A model generated the notes under the pieces. The model was given only the letters and a program-made list of their open reading frames with translations. It did no database searches and was not told the origin of the DNA. Position numbers and translations under genes: made by a program. From NCBI GenBank assembly GCA_023485865.1, contig JAMCZC010000035.1:1-44131 (forward strand): a stretch of DNA of 44,131 nt, read 5' to 3'. The DNA comes from Patescibacteria group bacterium (GTDB lineage Bacteria > Patescibacteriota > Microgenomatia > Levybacterales > UBA12049). This document shows, piece after piece, positions 41,941-44,131 of the stretch. Positions within the stretch are counted from its first letter, which is position 1. Each line of letters begins with the position of its first letter.

Positions 41941-42957
41941 ATGCTTTCGAAAAGAATAGGAATTGATCTTGGTACTGCTAATACTCTGGTTTACCTTGCC
42001 GGGGAGGGTATTGTTCTAAATGAGCCGACAGTTGTAGCCGTTACTGCCGAGGAAAACAGAGTTGTGGCAGTTGGCAAGGAGGCAAAGGATATGCTTGGCC
42101 GCACTCCCGGTAATATTGTGGCAATGAGGCCTCTTCGAGATGGAGTAATTGCAGACTACACCATAACCGAAGCAATGCTTTCATATTTTATCGACAAAGC
42201 CGCCGGTAAATCCCGTTTTTTTAAACCCGAAGTTATGGTTTGTATTCCTTCGGGAGTCACCCAGGTTGAAAGAAGAGCTGTTTTGGACGCAACAATGTCT
42301 GCAGGCGCAAAAGTGGCCTATCTTATAGATGAGCCTTTGGCAGCAGCAATAGGCGCCAAAATACCCATTGCCCAGGCTGCAGGACATATGGTGGTTGATA
42401 TAGGCGGAGGCTCAACCGAAGCCGCGGTTATTTCGTTAGGCGGAGTAGTTGTGCATCATTCGGTAAGGGTTGGCGGAACTAAAATCGACGAGGCAATTGC
42501 CAACTACACCAAGAAAAAATTTAACCTGCTTATCGGTGAGAGAACATCCGAGGAAATAAAAATTAATATGGGTAACGCCCTTATTGACGATAAAAAACAA
42601 GCAGAGGAAAAAAAGGTCGAAATAAGAGGAAGAGACAGCGTAACCGGACTGCCAAGAACAATAGAGTTAACAGAAGCCTTGGTTAACGAAGCAATATACC
42701 CTGTTTTAATAGATATTATTCAAGCGGTTAAAGGAGTTTTAGAGCAAACCCCTCCCGAGTTGGCGAGTGACATTATCGACAAGGGAGTTGTAATGTCGGG
42801 CGGGACATCTCTTTTAACAAATTTTGATAAATTAATGACAAGGGTTACAGGGGTCCCATGTCATGTGGCGGAAGACGCGCTGTTATGTGTTGTCCGGGGG
42901 ACCGGGGTTGCGCTGGAAAATATCGAACTTTACAAGAGAAGCATAGCGAGAAAGTAA
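41941..42957 (+). CDS. mreB: Rod shape-determining protein MreB
   Basis: IGIDLGTANTLVY, RPLRDGVIAD, VVDIGGGSTE, GRDSVTGLPR, TPPELASDI. Confidence 0.97.
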   Translation: MLSKRIGIDLGTANTLVYLAGEGIVLNEPTVVAVTAEENRVVAVGKEAKDMLGRTPGNIVAMRPLRDGVIADYTITEAMLSYFIDKAAGKSRFFKPEVMVCIPSGVTQVERRAVLDATMSAGAKVAYLIDEPLAAAIGAKIPIAQAAGHMVVDIGGGSTEAAVISLGGVVVHHSVRVGGTKIDEAIANYTKKKFNLLIGERTSEEIKINMGNALIDDKKQAEEKKVEIRGRDSVTGLPRTIELTEALVNEAIYPVLIDIIQAVKGVLEQTPPELASDIIDKGVVMSGGTSLLTNFDKLMTRVTGVPCHVAEDALLCVVRGTGVALENIELYKRSIARK

Positions 42958-43060
42958 TTTTCAATTTTAAATTTTCAATTTTCATTCAAATCCAAATGCT
43001 TTAATTTTAAAACATTAATTCATTGAAAATTCATTAGAAATTAAAAATTAGAAATTAATA
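42956..43060. repeat. Family B heptamer element downstream of mreB
   Basis: aattttc units, caaatccaaa core, attgaaaatt..agaaatt units. Confidence 0.65.
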
Positions 43061-43302
43061 ATTTTATGTTATCCTATAAGAATTCTCCAAACATATAAAA
43101 ATTTATGAATTTTCATATTTTCACGAAAATTTTCACAAGGAACAAGATTTATAGTAACTGGATTGTAGAGTTAAGTAAAACAGCCAATTTTTTGGGTATA
43201 TTAGAGTAGGGTTTAGGGTAAAATATTGTATACTAAATATGTTCAAAACAGATAAAATTGGCAATTTTACCGCAAAAGCAAAATGCCTTATAGTAAATTA
43301 AG

Positions 43303-44046
43303 ATGAAAAACAAAATATTTTTACTCGGAGTAGGGTTTAATAACCTAAAAATAGGAGATGTCCTAGAGTTAATTAAAAAAGGCCTAGGAAAAAATGAAAA
43401 AAAATACTATATTGTTACCCTTAACCCCGAAATTTTAGTGATTGCCGACAGCGACCCTAACTATAAAAAAGTCCTAAATGGGGCAAAATTAGCTTTGCCG
43501 GACGGCATTGGGGTAATGATGGCGGCAAAATTACTCGGGAAACCATTAAAGGAGAGGATACATGGTGTAGACCTTATGGAAAACCTCTGTCGGGGGGTAT
43601 CGAAACAGCCTATAACGGTGGGCTTTCTAGGAGCGGGGCCCCACGTAGCAGAGTTAACGGCCGAGTGCTTACGTGAAAAATACCCCGGATTAAAAGTAGT
43701 TTTCACCGGACAAGAGTGGGATGGAAAATCAAAAATCAAAAATCAAAAATCAAAAATCGACATATTATTCGTTGCTTTTGGGTCTCCGAAACAGGAAATT
43801 TGGATTGCGGAAAATCTGGAAAGACTTCCGGTTAAAGTCGCAATAGGGGTTGGGGGAGCTTTTGATTTTGTCAGCGGAAAAGTAAGAAGAGCTCCGGTTT
43901 TTGTCCGAAAATTAGGTCTTGAATGGCTGTTTCGCCTCATCCTCCAACCCTGGAGGATAAAAAGACAATTAAGACTTATCAAATTTATTTACTTAGTATT
44001 TAAAGACCTGAATTCTAGGAACGAATGCCCCCCAGGGTCTTTTTAG
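43303..44046 (+). CDS. WecB/TagA/CpsF family glycosyltransferase; last residues supplied by the IS end
   Basis: VTLNPE, LPDGIGV, ERIHGVDL, FVAFGSPKQEIW, GVGGAFDF, GLEWLFRL..PWR. Confidence 0.93.
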   Translation: MKNKIFLLGVGFNNLKIGDVLELIKKGLGKNEKKYYIVTLNPEILVIADSDPNYKKVLNGAKLALPDGIGVMMAAKLLGKPLKERIHGVDLMENLCRGVSKQPITVGFLGAGPHVAELTAECLREKYPGLKVVFTGQEWDGKSKIKNQKSKIDILFVAFGSPKQEIWIAENLERLPVKVAIGVGGAFDFVSGKVRRAPVFVRKLGLEWLFRLILQPWRIKRQLRLIKFIYLVFKDLNSRNECPPGSF

Positions 44047-44131
44047 GTAGCAATCAAATACTTCCTGTGGTGTTTTGTAGTTAAGACGTTTTCTTGGTCT
44101 GTTGTTTAACTCCCATTCAACGTCTCTTAAC
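43993..44131 (-). CDS. IS30-family transposase, C-terminal fragment (runs in from the window edge)
   Basis: Hand translation LRDVEWELNNRPRKRLNYKTPQEVF...; LNNRPRK-x-L-x-YKTP is the IS30-family C-terminal signature. Confidence 0.85.
   Translation of the reverse strand, partial: LRDVEWELNNRPRKRLNYKTPQEVFDCYLKRPWGAFVPRIQVFKY
44008..44131 (-). mobile_element. End of an IS30-family insertion sequence
   Basis: Transposase tail plus putative terminal repeat near ctgaattctaggaacgaatgcccc; exact boundary not provable without the other end. Confidence 0.7.

Noticed and set aside
43066-43210. Small ORFs between mreB and the glycosyltransferase
   Set aside because: 10-34 codons, AT-rich, no recognisable motif.
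1-44131. Alternative genetic code (UGA=Gly, as in Gracilibacteria/Absconditabacteria)
   Set aside because: Long genes are open under code 11, and TGA terminates comEA and other genes at expected positions.

Overview
Chromosomal window of a small-genome bacterium, most likely CPR/Patescibacteria (Microgenomates-like). This is inferred from gene content and repeat style; TGA is used as a stop. Left half (1-24.4 kb) is a surface-structure region with two giant minus-strand fibre/adhesin genes. The second (~3750 aa) starts with two tyrosine-recombinase core-binding (SAM-like) domains but no catalytic domain, followed by one TM helix, and carries a 1370-bp internal duplication. A WxL/DUF916-like secreted-protein cluster follows. 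Right half is housekeeping: leuS, comEA, comEC, a two-component operon, argS, M16 peptidase, ndk, DsbA/VKOR, tRNAs, sortase, PEGA protein, mreB, WecG/TagA and the end of an IS30-family element. A dense layer of small repetitive DNA overlies both halves: three four-helix-bundle (Avd/IVP-like) genes associated with 8- or 9-mer tandem repeats; ~10 dispersed copies of an 8-mer-built imperfect palindrome (one copy encloses a four-helix gene, four copies encode signal peptides); in-frame heptamer arrays and hairpins in essential genes; and a MITE with a target duplication. The most striking single object is an intact tRNA-Pro(CGG) nested in the anticodon loop of a second Pro-like tRNA, between 11-bp inverted repeats. 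All family assignments are by motif recognition only; no searches were run.
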